Assembly: GCA_944380845.1 (NCBI GenBank)
Contig: CALWIU010000045.1
Coordinates: 164 to 64,163, forward strand
From: an uncultured Clostridia bacterium
GTDB lineage: Bacteria; Bacillota; Clostridia; Oscillospirales; Acutalibacteraceae
Direction of reading: 5' to 3'
DNA length: 64,000 nt
Below the pieces are notes generated by a model. That model was given only the letters and a program-made list of their open reading frames with translations. It did not search any database and was not told where the DNA came from. The position numbers and the translations under genes were made by a program. How positions within the stretch are numbered: the first letter of the stretch is position 1; every line of letters starts with the position of its first letter. Positions 35,566 to 45,100 of the stretch are shown one piece after another.

Positions 35566-36471
35566 ATGAATCTTCTGGTAACCGGCGCGTTCCCCCTGAC
35601 CGACGAACGGCGGCGCGTGCTGGAAGAAGACGGCTTTACGGTTTTTTATCAGCAGGACGAGCGGGAAAAAACCGTCGATCCCCGCCGCTTTGAGGCTGTG
35701 ATTTGCAACGGCCTGTTTTTATATCAGGACTGGCGGGATTTTACGAATTTAAAAATGGTGCAGCTGACCAGCGCCGGGCTGGATCGGATTGCAGCAGACG
35801 ATATGCGGCAAAGCGGAATCCGTATTTTTAACGCTTCCGGCGTTTACAGCGTGCCGATGGCGGAATGGGCTGTCGGCGGCATTTTGGCGCTGTACCGCGG
35901 CGAGCCGTTTTTCTGGAAAAATCAGCAGCGCAGACAGTGGGAAAAAAACCGCAGTCTGCGGGAAGTATACGGAAAACAGGCGTTGATCTGCGGCTGCGGG
36001 AGCGTCGGCGCTGCAATCGCCAATCGTCTGATGGCTTTCGGCTGCCGGGTACAGGGAATCGACCGGTCGCCCGAAAAATCATTGCCCTTTGCGGTTTTCC
36101 CGGTGGAAAAAACGGAAGAATTGCTGCCGCAGGCCGATTTGGTGGTGCTGTCCCTGCCGCTGACGGAGGAAACCGTGCATTTTCTCGACCGCCGCCGGTT
36201 GTCGCAGATGAAGCGGGATGCGGTTTTGGTCAACTGTGCGCGGGGCGCGCTGGTCGATGAAAAAGCCCTGATCGACACATTGCGGCAGGGCAGGCTTTTC
36301 GGTTGTGTTTTGGATGTGTTTGCAGAAGAACCGTTGGCGCAGGACAGCCCCCTTTGGACTTTTGACCGGGTTTTGATTTCGCCGCACAACAGCTTTGTCG
36401 GCGAGGGGAACGGGCAAAGGCTTTTTGATTTGATACGGAAAAATTTATCGGCAAGGGAGAAAACGGTATGA
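35566..36471 (+). CDS. D-isomer-specific 2-hydroxyacid dehydrogenase family protein
   Basis: ICGCGSVGAAIANRL (GxGxxG), LPLTEET, VNCARGALVD, SPHNS (catalytic His region). Confidence 0.85.
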   Translation: MNLLVTGAFPLTDERRRVLEEDGFTVFYQQDEREKTVDPRRFEAVICNGLFLYQDWRDFTNLKMVQLTSAGLDRIAADDMRQSGIRIFNASGVYSVPMAEWAVGGILALYRGEPFFWKNQQRRQWEKNRSLREVYGKQALICGCGSVGAAIANRLMAFGCRVQGIDRSPEKSLPFAVFPVEKTEELLPQADLVVLSLPLTEETVHFLDRRRLSQMKRDAVLVNCARGALVDEKALIDTLRQGRLFGCVLDVFAEEPLAQDSPLWTFDRVLISPHNSFVGEGNGQRLFDLIRKNLSAREKTV

Positions 36472-37625
36472 AAAAAATCGCCATCATCACCACCCAGTCC
36501 AGCTCCATTGAAAACTGGATCAAGCCGTTTTTGCCGTATTACAGGCAGGAAGGCATTGCCGTAACGGTTCTCAGCCAGATGGATGAAGCGTATCGGGCGT
36601 CGCTGGAAAAGGAATTTCCGGGCGTCACGGCGGTTCCTGCGCCGATCCCGCGGGGCGTTGATTTGTTCGGGTCGCTGCGGGCGGTGCGTTTTTTGTATCG
36701 TTTTTTTCACCGCCAGCATTTTGATATGGTTCAATATTCCACGCCGAACGCTTCGTTTTACGGCAGCGTCGCTTCCTTTTTCGCGCGGGTGCCTGTGCGG
36801 CTTTACTGCCAGTGGGGCATGGTTTTTGTGTCGCAGAGCGGGCTGAAGCGCAAGATTTTTGAGACGATCGAACGCACGACCTGCCGTTTGTCCACCTGTG
36901 TGCAGCCGGACAGCTTTGGGAATTTGAACTTTTGCCGGGAAAAAGGCTTTTACGATGAAACAAAAAGTGAGGTCATCTGGAACGGCAGCGCAAAAGGGGT
37001 GGATCTTGCTAAATTCGACCTTTCGCAAAAGGAGCGCTGGCGTCAGGAAGTACGGCGCGAGCGGGGAATTCAGCAGGATGATAAGGTGATCGGGTTCGTC
37101 GGCAGACTCGGCAGGGACAAGGGCTGTAACGAGCTGTTCGACGCCTTCCGGCAGATCAGTGAAGCCATGCCGCAGGCTCGGCTGCTGTTTGTCGGTCCGA
37201 TTGAAAAAGAAGATACCATTGACGATCTTGCGTATTTTCAGCAGGAACCGCGCATTATAAAAACCGGCAGGGTGCCGGATGTCTGGCGGTATTATGCCGC
37301 GATGGATGTATTTTGTCTGCCCAGTTACCGCGAGGGGTTCGGGATGTCGGTCGTCGAAGCCGAAGCCATGGGCGTGCCGGTGATTGTGACCGACATACCC
37401 GGTCCGACCGACGGAATGCAGGAGGGAAAAACCGGACTGGTTATTCCGGTGCGCAGCGCGCAGGCCATTGTCAAGGCTGCCGAAACCCTGCTGACAGAGG
37501 AAGAAACCTGCCGCACCTTTGGGGAAAACGGCGCGGCTTTTGCCAGAAACGCTTTTGACAGCCGTGTTTTTGCCCGCAAATTGATGGAGAATCGGAAAAA
37601 ACTGTTGTCGCAGGGGGAGAAGTAA
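36468..37625 (+). CDS. Glycosyltransferase family 4 (GT-B, group 1)
   Basis: GFVGRLGRDKG, LLFVGP, LPSYREGFGMSVVEAEAMGVPVIVTD (EX7E region). ATGA overlap with the upstream gene. Confidence 0.9.
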   Translation: MKKIAIITTQSSSIENWIKPFLPYYRQEGIAVTVLSQMDEAYRASLEKEFPGVTAVPAPIPRGVDLFGSLRAVRFLYRFFHRQHFDMVQYSTPNASFYGSVASFFARVPVRLYCQWGMVFVSQSGLKRKIFETIERTTCRLSTCVQPDSFGNLNFCREKGFYDETKSEVIWNGSAKGVDLAKFDLSQKERWRQEVRRERGIQQDDKVIGFVGRLGRDKGCNELFDAFRQISEAMPQARLLFVGPIEKEDTIDDLAYFQQEPRIIKTGRVPDVWRYYAAMDVFCLPSYREGFGMSVVEAEAMGVPVIVTDIPGPTDGMQEGKTGLVIPVRSAQAIVKAAETLLTEEETCRTFGENGAAFARNAFDSRVFARKLMENRKKLLSQGEK

Positions 37626-37714
37626 GAAAAGGGCGTCTGGATTTTCCGCCCTGTTTGCAGCCGGAGTCGCCTCTCCCTCAAAAAGTAAAAAATCGGTTTT
37701 TTTAGCCTGAATTC

Positions 37715-37743
37715 TTGCATTGCCGACAGAATTGTGATAGAAT
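37715..37743 (+). promoter_or_regulatory. Sigma-A-type promoter of the LCP gene
   Basis: TTGCAT, 17 nt, TAGAAT, with TG at extended -10. Confidence 0.6.
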
Positions 37744-37795
37744 AAGTTCGTTTAACAAGAGATTCTGCGGAATGATATTTCCCTGGAGGCATAAT

Positions 37796-39295
37796 ATGGA
37801 CAGCAACGATAAATATACACGCCGCGATTCCAAAGCCGATACCGGAGATCTTCCGGAGATGGATTGGGAAGAACTGACAAAAGAGCGCGAACGCCGCGCC
37901 ATGAGCTACCGGGAACGGCAGCGTCAGGAAAGCCTGCGGCAGGCAGCCGCCCGGCCAAATTCTGCCCGGACGAGTTCCGCCCGGCAGGCCAACCCGTCCG
38001 GACGAACGGCAGCACAGCCCGCAAGCCGGCATCCCCATCCGTCCTCCCGCCCGGGTGAGCAGCAGAGCCGCCCGGTTTCCCGCCAAAGCGCACAGCCGCG
38101 TGCCGGCGCCGCAGCCGGAAAAAAGAACGGGAAAAAACGCAAAAAAAAGATGAGCACGGCCTACCGCGTGATTTGCGGTATTTTGGGCACGCTGATCGGC
38201 TTGATCGTTGTTTTCGCCGCTGCCGCCGTGATCTATCTTTCCCGATTCGATATGAATTTAGTAGAGATCGACGCCAACGACAGCAACAATATGGACAGCC
38301 AGTATACCGAAGTGCTTGAGGATGACGAAGGCGAAGAAATCCGCGTGCTGGATCCCATTTATGAAGGGGACGAGCGGGACAGCTTCCGCGATGCGATCCG
38401 GGAATGGCGTTCGCAGGGCAATGCCTATTTGCAGAGCAATAAGGTCATCAATGTGCTTCTGGTCGGCATCGACCGCAACGAGGACGGTTCAAACGGCCGG
38501 TCCGACACGATGATTCTGGCGTCGTTAAATATGAAAAACAAAACCATCACGCTCTCGTCTTTCTACCGTGACAGCTGGATGTATGAGACTTTTGACAACG
38601 GCGAACGCACAGCGTGGGCAAAGCTGAACGCTTCCTTTGTATACGGCGGCGCCGAAGGGCTGATCGGCAATATCGAGGATTATTATAAAATCCACATTGA
38701 CCACTATGTTGGCGTTGATTTCCAGGGCTTCCAAAGCGTTGTTGACGCTGTGGGCGGCGTGGTTGTGCCGGTGCAGGAGCACGAGGCGGAATATATCAAC
38801 GAGCAGCTTTGTTATGACGCGGTACAGCCCGGCGAGGCGGTTACCATCAGCGGCGATGTGGCGCTGTGGTATGTCAGAATGCGTCATTCCGACGCGGACG
38901 AAGAGGTCAGCCGTACCCGCCGTCAGCGGCAGTTTATCACCGGTCTGATCAATGAGTTCAAATCGCTGTCGCTTTCCGAAATCGACGATGTGGTGTCTTC
39001 TCTGTTCCAATATGTGGAAACGGATATGACCAAGACCCAGATCGTCACCTATGGCATCCGTGCCATGACCGGCAAGTGGTATAATTACCAGATTCAGCAG
39101 CAGCAGGTGCCGGACGAGCCGTACCGCTGGGAATATAACGGCTCGACCTGGGTTTGGATCGTCGATTACCCCGGCGCTGCTTATGCAATGCAAAACACCA
39201 TTTACGGTTACTCCAATATCGTGTTGAACGAAGACCGGTATACGATCGTCGATATCGCCAAAGCGCTGGATCGCGCCGGGTATCAGGTCGTGTAG
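37796..39295 (+). CDS. LCP (LytR-CpsA-Psr) family glycopolymer-peptidoglycan ligase
   Basis: Long Arg/Ser/Pro-rich cytoplasmic N-terminus, one TM, then INVLLVGIDR...GRSDTMILASL, ...NASFVYGG..., YVGVDFQGF, RMRHSDADEEVSRTRRQ. Start re-set to ATG 37796 (GGAGG 6 nt upstream). Confidence 0.9.
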   Translation: MDSNDKYTRRDSKADTGDLPEMDWEELTKERERRAMSYRERQRQESLRQAAARPNSARTSSARQANPSGRTAAQPASRHPHPSSRPGEQQSRPVSRQSAQPRAGAAAGKKNGKKRKKKMSTAYRVICGILGTLIGLIVVFAAAAVIYLSRFDMNLVEIDANDSNNMDSQYTEVLEDDEGEEIRVLDPIYEGDERDSFRDAIREWRSQGNAYLQSNKVINVLLVGIDRNEDGSNGRSDTMILASLNMKNKTITLSSFYRDSWMYETFDNGERTAWAKLNASFVYGGAEGLIGNIEDYYKIHIDHYVGVDFQGFQSVVDAVGGVVVPVQEHEAEYINEQLCYDAVQPGEAVTISGDVALWYVRMRHSDADEEVSRTRRQRQFITGLINEFKSLSLSEIDDVVSSLFQYVETDMTKTQIVTYGIRAMTGKWYNYQIQQQQVPDEPYRWEYNGSTWVWIVDYPGAAYAMQNTIYGYSNIVLNEDRYTIVDIAKALDRAGYQVV

Positions 39296-39323
39296 CCGCA
39301 AAAATTTCCTTTCATAAATTTTG

Positions 39324-39378
39324 AAAACCGTCCTATGCTAACAGCAAGATCTTGCTTTAGCGGAAGGACGGTTTTTTT
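39324..39378 (+). terminator. Terminator hairpin whose 3' arm overlaps the next gene's RBS
   Basis: AAAACCGTCCT / AGGACGGTTTT outer stem with an inner AGCAAGATCTTGCT hairpin, then T7 immediately before ATG 39379. Confidence 0.55.
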
Positions 39379-40197
39379 ATGAAAAAAATCGCTGTGATCA
39401 CCGGGGCGTCTTCCGGGATCGGCAGGGAATTTGCCTGTCTTTTGGACGATATGGGCAAAGTGGACGAAATCTGGCTTGTTGCCAGACGGCGCGAACGGCT
39501 GACACGCCTTGCCGCCGATCTGCGCACGGCCTGCCGGGTTTTGCCGCTGGATCTGACAAAAGCTGAAAGTTTTGTGTATTACCATGAGCAGCTGGCCGGC
39601 AGCGGGGCGCGCGTCTCGTTTTTGATCAACTGCGCGGGGTTGGGAAAATTCGGCAGTTTTGCGTCGAACCGGCAGGAGGACATCGACGACATGATCCGAC
39701 TGAATGTGACCGCTGTGGTCATGATGTGCAAATATACGCTGCCTTTCATGGCGCGGGGCGGGCATATCATCAATATGGCGTCTTCTTCCGCATGGCTGCC
39801 GCTGCCGTATTTTTCGATATATGCCGCGACCAAGGCGTTTGTGCGCCATTTCTCACTGGCGCTGGGCGTGGAGCTGGCGTCTTCCGGCGTCGGCGTCACG
39901 GCGGTATCGCCCCTTTGGATGAATACGGAATTTATCGATATTGCCCGGGACAGCCCGGAGGGGGACGCGGTCGATCGGTTCCTGATCTTGTATGAGCCGC
40001 GACAGACCGCGGTTTTGGCGCTGACGGATGCGCTTTCCGGCAAGGCGGAATCGGTGACGAGGGCGCAGAAGCTGATTCGCCGCGCCGTTTCGCTGCTGCC
40101 GGAAAACACTTCCATGCTGCTCTGGAATAAAATCCGGAAAAAAAGAAATGCGCTGCCTTCTCTGTCCCTTCATCCGCTGCCGCCGGCGGGACAGTAA
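39379..40197 (+). CDS. SDR-family oxidoreductase
   Basis: ITGASSGIG, NCAG, YAATKAF (YxxxK). Confidence 0.85.
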   Translation: MKKIAVITGASSGIGREFACLLDDMGKVDEIWLVARRRERLTRLAADLRTACRVLPLDLTKAESFVYYHEQLAGSGARVSFLINCAGLGKFGSFASNRQEDIDDMIRLNVTAVVMMCKYTLPFMARGGHIINMASSSAWLPLPYFSIYAATKAFVRHFSLALGVELASSGVGVTAVSPLWMNTEFIDIARDSPEGDAVDRFLILYEPRQTAVLALTDALSGKAESVTRAQKLIRRAVSLLPENTSMLLWNKIRKKRNALPSLSLHPLPPAGQ

Positions 40198-40285
40198 AAC
40201 AGCGGTTTTGATTGTGACGGAAACGCGATAAATGTGAATAAAATATGTTGTGTTTTTCATTTTTCATGAATTTTCGGTGCCGGGC

Positions 40286-40314
40286 TTGATTTTTTCGGGC
40301 AGTTGATGTAAAAT
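40286..40314 (+). promoter_or_regulatory. Sigma-A-type promoter
   Basis: TTGATT, 17 nt, TAAAAT. Confidence 0.55.
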
Positions 40315-40350
40315 AGCCACACAAATAACTGGAATTGGAGTTTTTAATTT

Positions 40351-41235
40351 ATGAAGAAAAAACTTGCAGTTGTGATGGCGCTGGTTCTTCTCTGCGGATG
40401 TATTTTTGCCGCTTGCGGTAAGGACGAAGCGAACCCTGCCGGCGAAGAAGGAACGACGGAGACAGAGTTTGTGGAACCCATCGCTGTGTCGCATACGCAG
40501 TACCTTTACGCAACCAATCCGGACGGCTCGTATGAAACGGTTGTCGCTACGGATGCGGAAGGCAATACGAAGACATACCTGAAGGGCGTGAAGCCTGCCG
40601 AGACGAACGCTGCCAACAGCGCTGCGCAGGAAGAGGACTCCGCTCTGTTTGAAGTGGCGACAAACCCGGTGCTTTCTTCTTTTACCGATATCCTGAAAAG
40701 CGGTAATTTTGAAATTCAGGGTTATATGACGGCGGAAGGTGAAGAAAAACTGCCCCTGTCTGTTCTTGTCTGCGGCTCCAACAATCTGCGCATGGGCACC
40801 GAGCTTGCCGGAATCGCCGTCAGCGTTGTTGTTGCCGATGATACGGTTTATCTGGTCTCTGACAAAACCAAATCCTATATTGAAATGACCGATTCGATCA
40901 CCAAGAGCCTTGGTTTTGATAAGGATGAGCTTGTGTTTGACGGATTCGGCAACATCGGCGAAAATGAGTCGCAGGCGGTTCGTTCCGACGCGACCTACAA
41001 CGGAAAAGCGGTGGACTGCTACACCACCACTGCCGAGGACGGAAGCTGCATCAAATTTTATATCGATGGCGACAAAATGGTGAAATTTGAAATGTACGAG
41101 CCGAACGGCGTCTGCACGACCATGATCGAGACGACAGTGGTTCGCGGCGGCGTAACGCTGGATGAGGTTCAGATTCCTGCCGATTATACCAAGAAAAGCT
41201 ATACCGCTTTTGTTGCCGATCTGATGGGACTGTAA
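40351..41235 (+). CDS. Lipoprotein of unknown function (paralogue of the dockerin protein at 59069..59929)
   Basis: MKKKLAVVMALVLLCGCIFAACGKDE contains a lipobox-like IFAAC. The C-terminal region YNGKAVDCYTTTAEDGSCIKFYIDGDKMVKFE matches WNGKTVDVYTQTADGKTETYYYDGINLLSIWQ in the other protein. Confidence 0.75.
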   Translation: MKKKLAVVMALVLLCGCIFAACGKDEANPAGEEGTTETEFVEPIAVSHTQYLYATNPDGSYETVVATDAEGNTKTYLKGVKPAETNAANSAAQEEDSALFEVATNPVLSSFTDILKSGNFEIQGYMTAEGEEKLPLSVLVCGSNNLRMGTELAGIAVSVVVADDTVYLVSDKTKSYIEMTDSITKSLGFDKDELVFDGFGNIGENESQAVRSDATYNGKAVDCYTTTAEDGSCIKFYIDGDKMVKFEMYEPNGVCTTMIETTVVRGGVTLDEVQIPADYTKKSYTAFVADLMGL

Positions 41236-41242
41236 GCGGCGC

Positions 41243-41959
41243 ATGAAAAATGCGGTTGTTACCGGCGCTGCCGGGGGCATCGGAGAAGCGGTCGTCCGCC
41301 GCCTTGCACAGGACGGCTGTCGGGTCTGGGCCTGTTATTACCGATCAAAAGAGAAAGCTCTGCGTTTATACGCGGGGCTTTCCTGCGTTGAGCCTGTTTT
41401 TTTGGATGTGCGGGATTTTCCGGCTGTGGAAGACACCCTCCGCTCGATCGAAAATACCAGCGGCGGCATTGACATTCTGGTCAATAACGCCGGCATTGCC
41501 CAGCAAAAGCTGTTTACCGATTTGACCGACGAGGACTGGCGGGAAATGACCGATACCGATCTGGGCGGGGTCTTTGCCTGCTGCCGGGCGGCACTGCCCG
41601 GCATGATCCGCCGGAAATGGGGACGCATCATCAATATTTCCTCCATGTGGGGGCAGAGCGGCGGTTCCTGCGAGGTTCATTATTCCGCCGCCAAAGCCGG
41701 CGTGATCGGGCTGACGAAGGCGCTTGCCAAAGAGACGGCGCTTTCCGGCGTGACGGTCAACTGTGTTTCGCCCGGTGCGGTGGATACGGCGATGATGGCG
41801 CCGTTTTCCGAAGAAGACCGGAAGGCGCTTTGCGAGGAGATTCCCATGGGACGGCTGGGTACGCCGCAGGAGGTCGCCGCCGCTGTGGCGTTTCTGGCTT
41901 CGCCGGACGCGTCCTATATCACGGCGCAGGTGCTGGGCGTGAACGGCGGAATCGTATAA
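41243..41959 (+). CDS. SDR-family oxidoreductase, FabG-like
   Basis: VTGAAGGIG, NNAGI, YSAAKAGVIGLTK, PGAVDT. Confidence 0.85.
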   Translation: MKNAVVTGAAGGIGEAVVRRLAQDGCRVWACYYRSKEKALRLYAGLSCVEPVFLDVRDFPAVEDTLRSIENTSGGIDILVNNAGIAQQKLFTDLTDEDWREMTDTDLGGVFACCRAALPGMIRRKWGRIINISSMWGQSGGSCEVHYSAAKAGVIGLTKALAKETALSGVTVNCVSPGAVDTAMMAPFSEEDRKALCEEIPMGRLGTPQEVAAAVAFLASPDASYITAQVLGVNGGIV

Positions 41960-41978
41960 ATCAACAGGAAAAAAGCAA

Positions 41979-42020
41979 TTGTCTGCCCTTTCCCGCCATG
42001 GAAACAGCAGGCAATTTTTT
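41979..42020 (+). terminator. Putative rho-independent terminator
   Basis: TTGTCTGC / GCAGGCAA stem (one G-U pair), large loop, T6. Confidence 0.45.
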
Positions 42021-42071
42021 GTTTGAATCGTGAAAAATATATAAAAAATGCAGGAAGTTTTGCTTTTTGTC

Positions 42072-42100
42072 TTTACTTTTTCGCCCGCTTCAAGTATAAT
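42072..42100 (+). promoter_or_regulatory. Sigma-A-type promoter
   Basis: TTTACT, 17 nt, TATAAT. Confidence 0.6.
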
Positions 42101-42167
42101 GTAAAAGAATAATTGTGGTATTGTACGGTTTGATCCGATTGTCCAACAAGAAGGGAATGTGCAGTCT

Positions 42168-45100
42168 ATGACAAATGCTTTTTACGGCAGACGCTCTGCT
42201 TGCAGGGTGCTGTCTGTCTTCCTGGCGCTTCTGATGGCGCTCTCCGTTCTTCCGATCGGCCTGGTCAGCGCTACGGCGGCTTCTGCGCCGCTGCGCGTGG
42301 CGACGCTTGCCGATCTCCATTATTTCGCCGAGGCGGATATGGGCAATAAGGACGAAGGCTTCACAGCGGCGATGGCAACCAATAACACCTTGCAGATGGA
42401 CGGGATTCTGGATTCCGTTTTTGCTGCTCTTGAACGCTCGGCGAAAGAAAACGGGCTTCAGGCGGTGCTGATTGCCGGTGACTTGACTTACGAAGGTGAA
42501 AAAAGCGGCCATGAGGCGCTTGCCGCCCGGCTGAAAGCCTTTGAAGAAGAAACCGGGCTTTCCGTCTATGTGATCAACGGCAACCATGATATCAACAATT
42601 CCGGCGCGGCAAAGTATATCGCCGATGAAAACGGGAATTATTACTGGGAATATGCCGATACGGTTACCGCAGAAGAATTCAAAAGTATTTACGCGGATTT
42701 CGGCTACAACGAGGCGATTTCCGTTTATGAACCTCCGGTGGGCGAGGAAGCCGGCGCTTTGTCGTATTCGGCGCATTTGGGCGACGGTTATCGTTTGATT
42801 GCGATCGACGCCGGTAAATATTCTCCCGACAGCACCGAAGCCGGTATTTATGAAAAAGAAACCGGCGGCAGCATTTCCGATTCCCTGATGCAGTGGATCC
42901 TTGCGCAGCTTGCTGAAGCGAAGGCTGCCGGTGAAATTCCCATCGGCATGACGCACTGGAACCTTGGCGATCAGAATTATTTTTCCACAGTGGCTCTTCA
43001 GGGCTTTGTGATGGACAACTGGCAGCAGGATGCGGAAACGCTTGCCGATGCCGGAATGCACTTTGTTTTTACCGGACATACCCATGACAGCGATATTTCT
43101 TCCGTGGTTTCCGATCACGGCGAGACGCTGTATAATATCACCACCTGTTCTTTGGGCAACTACCCGAACCAGTACCGCGAAACGGTCTTTACCCCCGGTG
43201 CGGACGGCAGCGTCAGCGCTTCCTTTGAAAAGCACGACTGCGACGAGGTGCTGCCGGTAACGGCGGCGGGCAAAACATACCCGGTTCCCTTTAGCGCATC
43301 CTCTTTTGCCCTTTGCTACGGCTCAACCCCCATGGAGTATCTTTCCAAACTGATTGAGCCCGGCCTGAGAAGCCTGTTGTCTGATATCAAGGGCGCCGGT
43401 CTGGTGCGCTATATCGAGGATAAGGCGGATTTCTCCCTTTATTCCTATTTTGATGAACTGCTGCACGGCGGTTTGATGATTAACAACCAGAACATTGTTA
43501 CCGCACAGAACCTGATGGGCGTTGTCAATGACATTGCCCAGCAGATCGAAGACCGGTATATTAACGATCCGGATTATACCATTGAGCTGGTCGATACCTT
43601 CCTTCAGACGCTGCTGGACATGCAGATTTCAGAGTATCCCTGCTCAAAATTCGTCAGTGAATACGGCTTCGGCAGCAACTCCCGCCCCGGCAATCTGGGC
43701 GATCTGATGTTCTCGATCTTCGTGTATAAAACCAACGGCAACGAGGATATTTCCGACGATCCCTTTATGCTGGATGTGCTGGATCGTTTGCAGAGCGGCG
43801 AACTGGTCACGGATTTGATCGGCCTGCTGCGCACGGAGGCGATCGACAAGATCATTGTCGATGATTTCCTGTCAAACATCAATTTGAACCTGGCTTCGTT
43901 CTTTGTGGATTTCGGCTCGAACGATGTCAAGCAGATCATCAACTTTGTGAAAAACTACGCGTCCGGCGAGGCTGTGAAAAAGATCATTGAATATTATGTC
44001 AATGAAGAAACCTTGCAGTTGTACAATCAGGTCGCTTCCGAAGGTCTGGCGCTGATTGGTATTCAGGGCGTGGACATTCTGGCGATTGTTTCCGGCCTGA
44101 TCGCAATGATCGGTGAACCGCAAATCGATCTGAGCGATGTGAGCATCCGCAATATTGCCGACACGATCCTTGGTTTCGGCGTTTTGGATCAGTACGGCAA
44201 GAGCCTGGATGAAGTGATCGATTATTTCCTGAACAAATACATTACCGATGATGTAAAACAGGGCGTCGGATATCAGCTTTCTATCATGCTGGAATCCTTT
44301 GTGATGGATTCCAACCCGCAGGAAAAGGGCGATTATGATGTGGTTTATACCTATCAGGGCCCTGTCGCTGTGGAAGCAACGGCGGAAAATCTGCGCAAGC
44401 CTTCGCTGGTTGCGCCCTCTTATGGCAAAGATGCGACGACCCAGTTCAATTTCAGCTGGACGACAAAATATTCTGTCACCGGTACGGACATTGAATTTTA
44501 TCCGGTAACCGGAGACTCGCTGCCTTCCTTCACCGGCACGCCGGTGACCGGCGTCAATGTGATCGCCGACTATGAGCCGCTTACCCGCGAGTATTACGGC
44601 ATCGATTTCGGGATCACGGGATTTTTACCCTACGAGATCCAAACCATCCGTCATACCATTACCCTGACCGGGCTTGAGCCGGGAACGACCTATATGTACC
44701 GGATCGGCAGTGCGGAAAACGGCTGGTGGAGCGATATCGGTTCGTTTACCACTTCCGGCGGCGATGATTCGCAGTTTACTTTCTTCCACATGACCGACAC
44801 GCAGTCTACTTCCCCTGAGCAGTACGAAAACGGCTGGGCAAAGGTGATGCAGGCCGCTTACAGTCTCTATCCCGACGCACGGTTTGTCCTGCATACCGGT
44901 GATTTTGTGGATAACGGCGACAACTTCAAGCAGTGGCAGTGGTTCTTTGATTCGGCTGCCGGCACCATCCTGAATTCGGCGATCATGCCGGTATCCGGCA
45001 ACCATGACGCCTACGGCATGAATGTGCTTGTCAACAACTTCAAGATCAATTATGACGGCGAAGACTATGATATGGATGATCCCTTTGCCGACCTGGACAG

